Assembly (NCBI GenBank): GCA_016868015.1
Contig: VGIF01000001.1
Coordinates: 1-61,659 of the forward strand
Length of the DNA stretch: 61,659 nt
Direction: 5' to 3'
Source: Betaproteobacteria bacterium
GTDB lineage: Bacteria > Pseudomonadota > Gammaproteobacteria > Burkholderiales > SG8-41
The notes beneath the pieces were generated by a model. The model was not told where the DNA came from and ran no database searches. It saw only the letters and a program-made list of their open reading frames with translations. The position numbers were made by a program, and so were the translations under genes. Every line of letters begins with the position of its first letter. Position 1 is the stretch's first letter. Shown here piece after piece: positions 38,881-47,616 of the stretch.

Positions 38881-38956
38881 GTAGCCCGTAAGGAGCGAAG
38901 CGCATTACGGGAAGGGCGTTCCCCGTATTTCGGACTTCGGCCCGCATACGGGCTAC
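38881..38956. repeat. REP-like palindrome, family C variant
   Basis: gtagcccgta ... tacgggctac, with inner cgcattacggg/cccgtatttcgg-type pairing. Confidence 0.6.
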
Positions 38957-38985
38957 GGGTAAAATCCTCGCTTCAGGAGAATTTG

Positions 38986-39959
38986 ATGCCATCCATATTA
39001 TCCCACGCCGCTGCAATCACCCTCACAAGCCTGGCTGCAAGCGCGGTCTACTCGTAGCCCTACCCCACCAAACCCATACGCATCGTCGTCGGCTTCGTGC
39101 CCGGCGGCGGCAGCGATTTCATCGCGCGCCTGGTGGCGCAAAAAATCAGCGAGCCGCTGGGCCGCCAGGTGATCATCGACAATCGTCCGGGCGCCGGCGG
39201 CGCCATCGGCACCGAGCACGTCGCGCGGCAGCCGGCCGACGGCTACACGCTGCTGATCAACAGCGCGGGGCCCAACGGCATCATCCCGGCGATGACGGCG
39301 AAAAACAGCTACGACCCGCTCAAGCATTTCGAAGCCATCACGCAAATCGTGAACATGCCGTTCCTGCTGGTGGTGCACCCGTCGCTGCCGGTGAAAAATG
39401 TCAGGGAACTGATCGCGCTGGCGCGCGCCAATCCGGGGCAATTGAACTACGGTTCCGCCGGACACGGCTCGACCAATCACCTGGTCAACGTGCAACTGGG
39501 GCTTGCCGCCAACATCAGCATGACGCACGTGCCGTACAAGGGCGTGGCCGCGGCGATGACTGACGTGATCGCCGGCAACATACAAATCATGTCGGGCGAT
39601 CTAGTCACCATTTTGCCGCAAGCGAAAAACGGCAAGGTACGCGCGCTGGCAGTGACTCGATCAAACGCTCAACGCTCACCCCCGACATACCCACCATCGC
39701 CGAATCCGGCGTGCCTGGCTACGACACCAGCGGCTGGTTCGGCACGGTGGCGCCCGCCAACACCCCGCGCGCGATCACCGAGCGTTTGAACAGCGAAACG
39801 ATCAAAGGCATTACCGCCGCCGATGCACGCGAGCGTTTGTCGGCGATGGGCGGTGACGTGGTGGCGAGCAGCATGGCCGACTTCACCGCGTTCATGCGCG
39901 CGGATCACGCCAAGTGGGGAAAGGTGGTGGCTGCGGCGGGTTTGCGTGAAAAACCGTAA
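38986..39959 (+). pseudogene. Bug-family substrate-binding protein gene disrupted by an in-frame TAG and a frameshift
   Basis: MPSILSHAAAITLTSLAASAVYS-TAG(39055)-PYPTKPIRIVVGFVPGGGSDF continues in the same frame. Around 39655-39660 the Bug-like reading (ALAVT / SIKRSTLTPDIPTIAESGVPGYDTSGWFG) moves to another frame. Confidence 0.8.
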
Positions 39960-39975
39960 CCCTTTGCAAACCTTC

Positions 39976-40036
39976 GACGCAGATTTACGCAGATTAACCT
40001 CGAAAACATCTGCGTCAATCTGCGTTAATCTGCGTC
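39976..40036. repeat. REP-like palindromic element, family A
   Basis: gacgcagatttacgcagattaac ... atctgcgtcaatctgcgttaatctgcgtc. Confidence 0.75.
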
Positions 40037-40057
40037 AAAAATTTTTCGTTTTAGAAC

Positions 40058-42034
40058 ATGCAAACCCCATACCCCGCCCTCTTCGCCCCCTACACGCTGG
40101 CCGGCAAGCGCCTCAAAAACCGCATCGTGCACGCGTCGATGACCACGCGAATGGGCGAAAAGGGGCGTGTCAACGAGCGGCTTATCAACTACTACGCCAA
40201 CCGCGCCAAAGGCGGTGCCGCGATGATCGTCACAGAGCCGCTGTCGATGGCGAGCCATCAGCACATTCCGTACAAAATCGTCGTCTACGACGATAGCGAA
40301 CTCGATGGTTTAAAGCGCTGGGCCGATGCGGTGGAGTCGCATGATTGCCGTTTGCTCGGGCAAATTCAAGACCCCGGCCGCGGGCGCCACGAAGCGGGGC
40401 GCAATCCGGAAGCGGTCGGGGCTTCGGCGCTACCCGATGATTTAAGCGGCACCGTGCCGCGACCGCTCACCGTTGCTGAAATCCGCCGCATGAACGATGA
40501 GTTCGCGCAATCGGCGGCACGGCTCAAACGCTGCGGCTTTAGCGGCGTCGAAATTTCCTCCGGCCACGGCCATTTGTTTCACCAGTTTTTGTCGCCGTGG
40601 TCGAACACGCGCGAAGATGAATATGGCGGCGATATCGGTGGACGCACGCGCTTGTTGAGCGAAATGATCGCCGCGTTGCGCAGCGCTTGCGGCCGCGATT
40701 TTATCCTCGGCATCAAGCTGCCGGGGGATGACGGCGTGCCGGGCGGCATCGGGCCCGAAGAGGCCGCGCGCATCGCCGAGCATCTCACTGCGAACAGGCA
40801 ACTCGATTACGTCACCTTTGCGCAAGGCAGCCACGCGCGCTCGCTGGAAATGCACGTGCCGGACGATCACGGGCCGCGCGGTGTTTATCTGCCGCTGTTT
40901 CGCCAACTGCGCCCGGCGGTGAACGGGCTGCCGTTGATCGCGCTGGGCCGCATCACCGACCCCGCCGAGGCCGATGCGGTGATTGCGCGCGGCGACGCCG
41001 AACTGGTGGCGCTCGGCCGCGCGCTGGTGGCCGACCCGGCGTGGCCGTTAAAAGCCGCGCAGGGGCGCGCGCACGACATTCGTTATTGCGTCTCCTGCAA
41101 CAACTGCTGGTACCTGGGCGCGGCGTTTCATCAATCGCTGTGTTGCGACAACAACCCGCGCGTGGCGCACGCCGACGAAGTCGATTACCGGCCCGCACGC
41201 GCGTTAGTCAAAAAACGCGTGCTGATCGTCGGCGCCGGTGTCGCCGGCATGGAAGCGGCGTGGACCGCTGCCGCGCGTGGGCACGCGGTGACCGTGTTTG
41301 GCCGCAGCGCTGAAATCGGCGGCAAGGCGCGGCTGCGCGCGCAGCTTCCCGGCGGCGAGGCATTGAGCAGCGTTTACGATTATCAGCACGCCGCCGCACT
41401 GCGCGCCGGTGCACGGTTCGAATTGGGCATCGAGGCGACGCCCGCCGATATCATCAAGCTCAAACCCGACGCGGTGATACTCGCCACCGGGGCGAGCATG
41501 GTGGCGCCGCGCTGGCTGCCGCGTGATGCGCGCGAACTGGTGCCCGATTTGCGCACGGCGATGCGCGAGCTCGCGCGCATCAAAACGCGGCAACGCGGCA
41601 CCGCGATGATCTACGACATGGATCAATCCGAAGGTACGTACGCCGCCGCCGAGCGCTTGCACCAATTGTTCGAGCGCGTGCTGATCGTCACCCCGCGCGA
41701 TGTCATCGCCGAAGAAACCGCCATGGTCACGCATCAGGGCATCAATCGGCGGCTAAGTAAAAAGGTTATAAAAATCAAATATTTACATGAGATTCGCTGG
41801 AGCGAGTCGATGGCCAGCGGCGTGCTCGAGCTGGTCCATGTTTACAGCGGCGCGATGCTGCGGGTGGCTAACCTTGCGCTACTCGCCTACGCCACGCCGC
41901 GCGCCCCTAACATCGAGCTGCTGGCGCCGCTGCGTGATGCTGGAATTTCCGTACAGTTGATCGGCGATTGTGCGGCGCCGCGCGCCGTAATGGCGGCAAC
42001 TCGCGAGGGGCATGCTGCAGGGCACGCAATCTGA
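40058..42034 (+). CDS. FadH-like NADH:flavin oxidoreductase (OYE domain, 4Fe-4S motif, FAD/NAD(P) domain)
   Basis: 658 aa. OYE-type N-domain. CVSCNNC-x11-C cluster motif. VLIVGAGVAGMEAA dinucleotide fold. Contains an in-frame ATE copy at 41755-41789. Confidence 0.85.
   Translation: MQTPYPALFAPYTLAGKRLKNRIVHASMTTRMGEKGRVNERLINYYANRAKGGAAMIVTEPLSMASHQHIPYKIVVYDDSELDGLKRWADAVESHDCRLLGQIQDPGRGRHEAGRNPEAVGASALPDDLSGTVPRPLTVAEIRRMNDEFAQSAARLKRCGFSGVEISSGHGHLFHQFLSPWSNTREDEYGGDIGGRTRLLSEMIAALRSACGRDFILGIKLPGDDGVPGGIGPEEAARIAEHLTANRQLDYVTFAQGSHARSLEMHVPDDHGPRGVYLPLFRQLRPAVNGLPLIALGRITDPAEADAVIARGDAELVALGRALVADPAWPLKAAQGRAHDIRYCVSCNNCWYLGAAFHQSLCCDNNPRVAHADEVDYRPARALVKKRVLIVGAGVAGMEAAWTAAARGHAVTVFGRSAEIGGKARLRAQLPGGEALSSVYDYQHAAALRAGARFELGIEATPADIIKLKPDAVILATGASMVAPRWLPRDARELVPDLRTAMRELARIKTRQRGTAMIYDMDQSEGTYAAAERLHQLFERVLIVTPRDVIAEETAMVTHQGINRRLSKKVIKIKYLHEIRWSESMASGVLELVHVYSGAMLRVANLALLAYATPRAPNIELLAPLRDAGISVQLIGDCAAPRAVMAATREGHAAGHAI
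41755..41789 (+). repeat. ATE copy 11, inside a coding sequence
   Basis: taagtaaaaaggttataaaaatcaaatatttacatg, core AATCAAATATTTA is perfect. Read in frame as LSKKVIKIKYLH. Confidence 0.7.
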
Positions 42035-42195
42035 CAGCGTCCAAGCCGCGCTTTGGAAAAAGCGCCGATCGCGCATTACCTGAAAACCGGTAATACATTG
42101 GCAAGACCTTGAATTGAAAAATTTTTGTGCATTATTGCACCACCCACATCGTGTACTTCGTGGGATACTGCCCTTGAACGTACGCCACATCCCTC

Positions 42196-42903
42196 ATGAA
42201 TATCGCGCTCCTGGAAGATGACCCGTCGCAAGCCGACTTGATTTTGCATTGGCTTGCCGAAGCGGGCATGCGGTGCACGCATTACGCCACCGGCGCCGCA
42301 TTTCGCGCGGCCATTCTCAGCCAGCATTTCGACCTCATTCTGATCGACTGGACGCTGCCGGATGACGACGGCTTGGCGATCCTGGAATGGCTGCGCGCCG
42401 AGCAGCACAGCAAACACCTCATCATGTTCGTTACCAGCCGCGCCGAGGAAGCTTCGCTGGTACTGGCGCTGCAGCGCGGCGCGGACGACTACCTGGTCAA
42501 GCCGCTGCGCAAAGGTGAAATGCTCGCGCGCGTGCAAGCCCTGTTGCGCCGCGGCGGCTCCAAACCCGCCGCCACCGTCGGGCTGGGGCGGCTGCAAGTT
42601 GACCCGCATAAACAATGCGCCATCATCAATGGCATCGTCATTGACTTAAGCGAACGCGAAACCAAGCTCGCGGTACACCTGCTGCAAAATCACGGCCGCG
42701 TAGTGTCGCATCAGCAACTGCAAGAGCAAGTGTGGCAACGCCGTTCCGATCTGGACAAACGTACTATCGACACCCAAATCAACCGCCTGCGCTCCAAACT
42801 CGGCCTCACCCCGGAAAACGGCTTCAGCCTGTCGGTGGTGTTTCACAAAGGCTATCGCCTCGAACAACTCACCCGCGGCGATCAGGACAGCGACGCGGCG
42901 TAG
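42196..42903 (+). CDS. OmpR-family two-component response regulator (no cognate kinase in window)
   Basis: REC domain with EDD, LILID and VKP residues. C-terminal winged helix (IDTQINRLRSKLG...GYRL). Confidence 0.9.
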   Translation: MNIALLEDDPSQADLILHWLAEAGMRCTHYATGAAFRAAILSQHFDLILIDWTLPDDDGLAILEWLRAEQHSKHLIMFVTSRAEEASLVLALQRGADDYLVKPLRKGEMLARVQALLRRGGSKPAATVGLGRLQVDPHKQCAIINGIVIDLSERETKLAVHLLQNHGRVVSHQQLQEQVWQRRSDLDKRTIDTQINRLRSKLGLTPENGFSLSVVFHKGYRLEQLTRGDQDSDAA

Positions 42904-42955
42904 CGCTGCGCCTTTCCCCTTCCCACAGGCAGGCCAGGGCGCAACGCATTGCGAT

Positions 42956-44101
42956 GTGAACGTGCGGTCGACAACGACCACCGGGATCACGCAAAATCGG
43001 GGTTACGTCCCAAACCCCGAGGAGTTTGCCTTGTACAACGACCCCATCACCCACGCCACACTCGGCGATCAAGCCGCCAGCGGCGCGCGCCGCTATCGCC
43101 GCGTGATCGACGCGCACATGCATTGGTACCCGCAAGAATTCGTCAACCTGATGATCAAAAAAGGCCCGGCCCACGGCGCCCAGATGGGCGAGGATAAAAA
43201 CGGCAACCCGGTGGTGCTGTCGGTGCCCGACTGCACGCAAACCTCGGTGATGCGCAAAACCATGACCAACCTTGATGACATCATTAAGGACATGCAAAAA
43301 CGCAAGTGCGACACCTACGCGCTATCGATGACCAACCCGTTGGTGTATTGGGCGCCCGCGGGCTTCGGCCTGGAACTGTGCGCCGCGCACAACGATGCCT
43401 GCGTCGCCGCGCATAACAAACATCCGGACAAGTTTTACGGCTGCATCATACTGCCGATGCAAGACGTCAAACTCGCCGCGCAAGAACTCGAGCGCATGGC
43501 AAAGTTCCCGTGCATGCGTGCGGTGTTCATCGCCGAACACATCCTCGGCAAAAACCTGCACGAAAAAGAATTCTGGCCCATATACGAGCGCGCCGAAGGG
43601 CTGGGCCTGGCGATCGAACTCACCAACCTCTACCCCACCGGCCCCGAGCGCATGAAGGATTACTTCATGATCAACACGCTGGGTAATCCGCAAGAAGCCG
43701 GCTACGCCGCGATGAGTTTGATCTGCGGCGGGGTGATGGATGCTTTCCCCAAGCTGGAAGTGTTTTTGCCGCACGCCGGCGGCACCTGGCCGTGGCTGGT
43801 GGGCCGGCTCGATCTCGCGCGGCATGTGAGCAAAGAGCTCTCGCACATGAAAAAATCCGGCTACGACTATCTGCGGCGCTTTCACTACGACTTGATCACC
43901 CACGACGCGAAAATCATGCGCAACCTGATCGACCTCGTCGGCGTGGATCGCATCGTCGCCGGCACCGACTTCCCGCAAGGCATGTCGGTCAAGCAGCCAG
44001 TGGATTTTGTGGAATCGATACCGGGCCTCACGCATCAGGAGCGCGAGATGATTTTGTGTGATAACCCGGCGCGGTTGTTGGGCATTAAAACTTCGCTGTG
44101 A
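42956..44101 (+). CDS. amidohydrolase-2 family protein (ACMSD-like decarboxylase/hydratase)
   Basis: VIDAHMHWYPQEF, HAGG, GTDFP motifs. GTG start 42956 is uncertain. Confidence 0.8.
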   Translation: MNVRSTTTTGITQNRGYVPNPEEFALYNDPITHATLGDQAASGARRYRRVIDAHMHWYPQEFVNLMIKKGPAHGAQMGEDKNGNPVVLSVPDCTQTSVMRKTMTNLDDIIKDMQKRKCDTYALSMTNPLVYWAPAGFGLELCAAHNDACVAAHNKHPDKFYGCIILPMQDVKLAAQELERMAKFPCMRAVFIAEHILGKNLHEKEFWPIYERAEGLGLAIELTNLYPTGPERMKDYFMINTLGNPQEAGYAAMSLICGGVMDAFPKLEVFLPHAGGTWPWLVGRLDLARHVSKELSHMKKSGYDYLRRFHYDLITHDAKIMRNLIDLVGVDRIVAGTDFPQGMSVKQPVDFVESIPGLTHQEREMILCDNPARLLGIKTSL

Positions 44102-44197
44102 AGGGTGAAGGGTGAAGGGTGAAGGGTGAAGGGTGAAGGGTGAAGGGTGAAGGGTGAAGGGTGAAGGGTGAAGGGTGAAGGGTGAAGGGTGAAGGGT
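44099..44197. repeat. heptanucleotide microsatellite (TGAAGGG) ~14 copies
   Basis: 99 nt of uninterrupted tgaaggg units. The first unit contains the TGA stop of the amidohydrolase gene. Confidence 0.95.
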
Positions 44198-44255
44198 AGA
44201 ACGACAGCAGATATGCCGAAGTGATTGCCCTCTGAAACCACCGTTCGCCCTACAA

Positions 44256-45209
44256 CTAATCGAGCTTAATCCCCGTTTCGCGCACCAGCTTCGCAAACTT
44301 CGCCTGCTCGGCTTTGATAAAGCGCGCGAACTCTTCCGGCGTGTTGGTCGTTGGCGAGGTGCCTTGCGTCGCCAGCACCTGAGGTAAATCGCTGGTCTTG
44401 GCGATCTTGTTGATCTCGTCCGAGAGCCGTTTGACGATCGGCGCCGGCGTGCCCGCGGGTGCGAGAAAACCGTTCCACAATTCCACTTGCATCGCGGGGC
44501 CGCCGGATTCGGCCATGGTGGGTAAATCGGCGTAGGCTTCAACACGTTTGGCCCCCGTCGTCGCCAACCCGCGCAGGCGCCCCGCGCGCACGTGCGCCAC
44601 TACCGTACCGATGCCGCTAAACGCGATATTGACTTGCCCCGCCAGCAAGTCCACCGTCGCCGGCGCAGCGCCTTTATACGGCACATGGATCAAATTTACG
44701 CCGGCGTTTCTGCCAAACATGAAACCGGCGAGGTGCTGAATGCTGCCGCTGCCGAGCGATGCATAGGTCACCGTGCCGGGTTTGGCTTTGGCGACGTTAA
44801 TCAACTCAGGCACGCTGCGCGCCGCGACTGACGGATGCACTACAAGCACCAGCGGGTTCAAGGTGCAAATCGAAATCGGCGCAAAACCTTTTTCCGCGTT
44901 GTACGGCAGCTTGGCGTACACGTAGGGATTGATGCTGATGGTGGACACGTTGGTTTGGATAAACGTGTAACCGTCGGGCGGCGCCTTGGCGGCGGCTTCC
45001 ATCGCGATGATGCCGGCAGCGCCGCCGCGGTTGTCGACCACGACTTGCTGGCCAAGCGCGTCACCCAAGCGTTGCGCGTAGGCGCGGGCGACGAAATCGG
45101 CGCCGCCGCCGGGCGGGACGGGGACAATCATGCGCAAGGGGCGGGAGGGGAATGTTTGCGCCAAAGCGGCAACCGCTGGCAACCAAACCACGCATACCGC
45201 CATCGTCAT
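44256..45209 (-). CDS. Bug-family (TctC-like) substrate-binding protein
   Basis: MTMAVCVVWLPAVAALAQTFPSRPLRMIVPVPPGGGADF. The ORF-track extension upstream is read out of REP family B. Confidence 0.88.
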   Translation of the reverse strand: MTMAVCVVWLPAVAALAQTFPSRPLRMIVPVPPGGGADFVARAYAQRLGDALGQQVVVDNRGGAAGIIAMEAAAKAPPDGYTFIQTNVSTISINPYVYAKLPYNAEKGFAPISICTLNPLVLVVHPSVAARSVPELINVAKAKPGTVTYASLGSGSIQHLAGFMFGRNAGVNLIHVPYKGAAPATVDLLAGQVNIAFSGIGTVVAHVRAGRLRGLATTGAKRVEAYADLPTMAESGGPAMQVELWNGFLAPAGTPAPIVKRLSDEINKIAKTSDLPQVLATQGTSPTTNTPEEFARFIKAEQAKFAKLVRETGIKLD

Positions 45210-45314
45210 TCTGGCGCAGGCCAGAATCCAGGTTGTACGCCGATGCGCAGCATCAAATTTCAGGCCCCGCGGGGCAAGTTTACCACCTGGATCCTGGCTT
45301 TCGCCGGGATGATG
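45205..45314. repeat. REP family B-like inverted pair
   Basis: gtcattctggcgcaggccagaatcca and tggatcctggctttcgccgggatgatg (the ILACARMT / ILAFAGMM pseudo-peptide type). Confidence 0.6.
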
Positions 45315-45327
45315 GCGTGAAACCAAC

Positions 45328-46287
45328 TTAATCTCCACGACTCAACTTATCGAGAATATACGGCACCGGCTTCCCCGCAAAATGCGCCTCCAAATTCGCC
45401 AGCACCTTGCGCCCGCGCTCCTCGCGCACCTCCAGCGTGTGCGAACCAATATGCGGCGACATCACCACATGATCGAACTCACGAAACACCTGCGGCACGC
45501 GCGGCTCGTCCCAGAACACATCAAGCCCCGCGCCCGCGATGCGTTTCTCGCGCAAGGCGTCGATCAAAGCCGCTTCCTCCACGATCGCGCCGCGTGCCAC
45601 GTTGATCAGAAACCCATTGGGGCCGAGCGCCTGCAGCACCGGCGCCGTGATCAGCCCGCGGGTCTCGGGCGACAGCGGGCAGCACACCAGCAGCACATCG
45701 GCCGCGCGCGCCAGTGCCTCCAGGTTATCGAAGTACGGGTAGCCGACATTTTTCTTGCGCGGTCCGAAGTAACTCACCGGCATGCCGAAGGCTTCGATGC
45801 GCGCCGCCACGAATTGGCCGATGCGCCCAAGCCCGACGATGCCGCAGTGTTTTTTACGCAAGTCGCGGCCGGGCGCGGCGAGCTCTTTTTCCCAACCGCC
45901 GGCGCGGATGTAACGGTCGCCGCGCGTGATGCCGCGCATCAAGTCGATCATCAATCCCAGCGCGACATCGGCCACGACCTCGGTGATGTCGTCCGGCGTG
46001 TTGGCGCAAATAATGCCGCGCGCCTTAGCCGCATCGAAATCGAGACTCGCGCGCGGCGCACCGAAGCTTGCGATGATTTCGAGCTTGGGCAGCGCGTCCA
46101 TGGTTGCCGCGTCGCAGCCGAGTAAGCCCGTGGTTACGGCGCCGCGCACGCGCGGGCCGATCTCGCGCAGCATCGCCGATCTATCGCTCGCGAGCCACAG
46201 CTTGTGCACGATGTAGCGCCGCTCCAACTCCGCAATGGTGGGCGCGTAGGTGCGATGCAAAATCAGAACTTCCGGCTGCTTACTCAT
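45328..46287 (-). CDS. D-isomer-specific 2-hydroxyacid dehydrogenase (glyoxylate/hydroxypyruvate reductase-like)
   Basis: GIVGLGRIGQFVA NAD fold, NVARG, catalytic SPHIGSHT. Confidence 0.88.
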   Translation of the reverse strand: MSKQPEVLILHRTYAPTIAELERRYIVHKLWLASDRSAMLREIGPRVRGAVTTGLLGCDAATMDALPKLEIIASFGAPRASLDFDAAKARGIICANTPDDITEVVADVALGLMIDLMRGITRGDRYIRAGGWEKELAAPGRDLRKKHCGIVGLGRIGQFVAARIEAFGMPVSYFGPRKKNVGYPYFDNLEALARAADVLLVCCPLSPETRGLITAPVLQALGPNGFLINVARGAIVEEAALIDALREKRIAGAGLDVFWDEPRVPQVFREFDHVVMSPHIGSHTLEVREERGRKVLANLEAHFAGKPVPYILDKLSRGD

Positions 46288-46314
46288 GTTCCAGCACCCC
46301 TACAGCCGAAATAT

Positions 46315-46348
46315 CGTAAGTATTTGAATTTATTGTATTTTTTATTTT
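46315..46348 (-). repeat. ATE copy 12
   Basis: Minus-strand reading is aaaataaaaaatacaataaattcaaatacttacg. Lies 28 nt upstream of the 2-hydroxyacid dehydrogenase start and overlaps the ACAD stop at 46342. Confidence 0.7.
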
Positions 46349-47529
46349 AAGCGCTTAAGGATCTTGATGCGCTGCACGGTATCACCGGCGAGATGCGTCC
46401 ACACCATCGCATCGCGCACCAGCTTGTCGGCGCGCGCGTTGGTCATGCGGCCTTCGACGCCATGAATATCCAGATTCAGTCGCGTGACGCGCTGAATGAT
46501 GTCGGTCGAATAGTTCATCACCAACCCGGCGTTGGCTGAATGTTCGCCCGCATCGTGCTGCCACGCGGTGCGCATCACATACGAACGCAGCGCTTCGGTC
46601 AGCATGTGCATCTCGTGAATTTTGAGTTGCACCAATTGATGTTCCATCAAATATTTGCCTGCGCGCTTGGCGGTTTTGGCGTAGCCCATCGCCATTTCCA
46701 CGGCGTCGTCGCACACGCCGAGCGCATTGGCCGCGAGTTCGAGATCGCCGAAAATATCTCCGCCGGTGGTGTCGCCGCGCCCCGCTTTTACCGAGCCGGT
46801 GCCGACCGAGCCGACGATGTTCTCCGGCGGCAGCTTGCAATTTTCAAAAATCAATTCCGCGTTTTGATAAAAACGCCAGCCACGCTTGTTGAACACCTTG
46901 CCGATGCGAAAACCCGGCGTCCCCTTGGGCACCATGAACAGCGTGCCGCCAAGCTTGATGTTCACATCGGGATTACTGCGCGCATCGACGAAAAACAATG
47001 AACCCACGCTGCCGTTGGCAATAAAACATTTTTCGCCGTTCAACACCCAATCCCTACCCTCTTGTGTCGCGCGCACGCGGTAGCCGGCTTTCGGGTCGTC
47101 TTCCGGCGGCATACGGTTATCCGAGCCGGCGTTGGGCTCGGTGATGCCGCGGCCCATCACGTAGCGATGATCGGCGAGGAACGGTTTCAGAAAACGTTCC
47201 TTTTGATCGTCGGTGCACGACATCGAAATCAGATGGCTCCACTTCCAGTTTTGGCTGAACGCTTTCGACATCGCGCTGTCGCCCTTGGCAAGCTCCGCCA
47301 TCACGATGGCTTGCGACACAAAATCGGCGCCGGGGCCGCCCCATTGCTTGGGTACTGCCAGCGTACGGAACCCGAGCTTGGAGCCGGCCTCGATGATGTT
47401 CCAATCCCACGGCTCGAAGCCGCCTTCGATTTGATCGCGCGCGAGCGAGTTCGGGCGCAGCACGTCCGTTGCAAATTTACGCGCCTCTTGTTGCCAGTGG
47501 CGTTGTTCTTCGTTGAGTGAAAAATCCAT
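46342..47529 (-). CDS. acyl-CoA dehydrogenase family protein (canonical catalytic Glu position appears substituted)
   Basis: 395 aa ACAD fold. The C-terminal region reads THLAGDTVQRIK where MCAD-type enzymes have YEGT..IQR (alignment by eye). Confidence 0.85.
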   Translation of the reverse strand: MDFSLNEEQRHWQQEARKFATDVLRPNSLARDQIEGGFEPWDWNIIEAGSKLGFRTLAVPKQWGGPGADFVSQAIVMAELAKGDSAMSKAFSQNWKWSHLISMSCTDDQKERFLKPFLADHRYVMGRGITEPNAGSDNRMPPEDDPKAGYRVRATQEGRDWVLNGEKCFIANGSVGSLFFVDARSNPDVNIKLGGTLFMVPKGTPGFRIGKVFNKRGWRFYQNAELIFENCKLPPENIVGSVGTGSVKAGRGDTTGGDIFGDLELAANALGVCDDAVEMAMGYAKTAKRAGKYLMEHQLVQLKIHEMHMLTEALRSYVMRTAWQHDAGEHSANAGLVMNYSTDIIQRVTRLNLDIHGVEGRMTNARADKLVRDAMVWTHLAGDTVQRIKILKRLK

Positions 47530-47554
47530 GTTTGATCCTTGCTACTTGTTGGCC

Positions 47555-47580
47555 CCCTCGCCCCGCTTGCGGGGAGAGGG
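47555..47580. repeat. GC-rich hairpin / REP-like element between the two ACAD genes
   Basis: ccctcgcccc-gcttgc-ggggagaggg, 10-bp stem with one mismatch, followed by a purine-rich gagagaggagaggag tract. Confidence 0.5.
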
Positions 47581-47616
47581 TTAGAGAGAGGAGAGGAGAT
47601 GAGATATGAGGTTGGG

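Noticed and set aside
38849-39016. N-terminal extensions in the ORF track (also 1195..1317, 45210..45338, 50244..50288, 29942..30010, 20116..20253 on the minus strand)
   Set aside because: The extensions are read out of REP or AT-rich elements or out of the neighbouring gene. In most of these cases (the MCP start is a TTG with no RBS checked), internal ATG starts with an RBS and/or a proper signal peptide or N-terminus are available.
44099-44197. Possible CRISPR array
   Set aside because: The units are 7 nt and strictly tandem with no spacers, and no cas genes are present. It is a microsatellite.
43322-44545. 407-aa minus-strand ORF including a PSPFTLH repeat
   Set aside because: It runs antisense through the amidohydrolase gene. 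The repeat is simply the heptanucleotide microsatellite translated.
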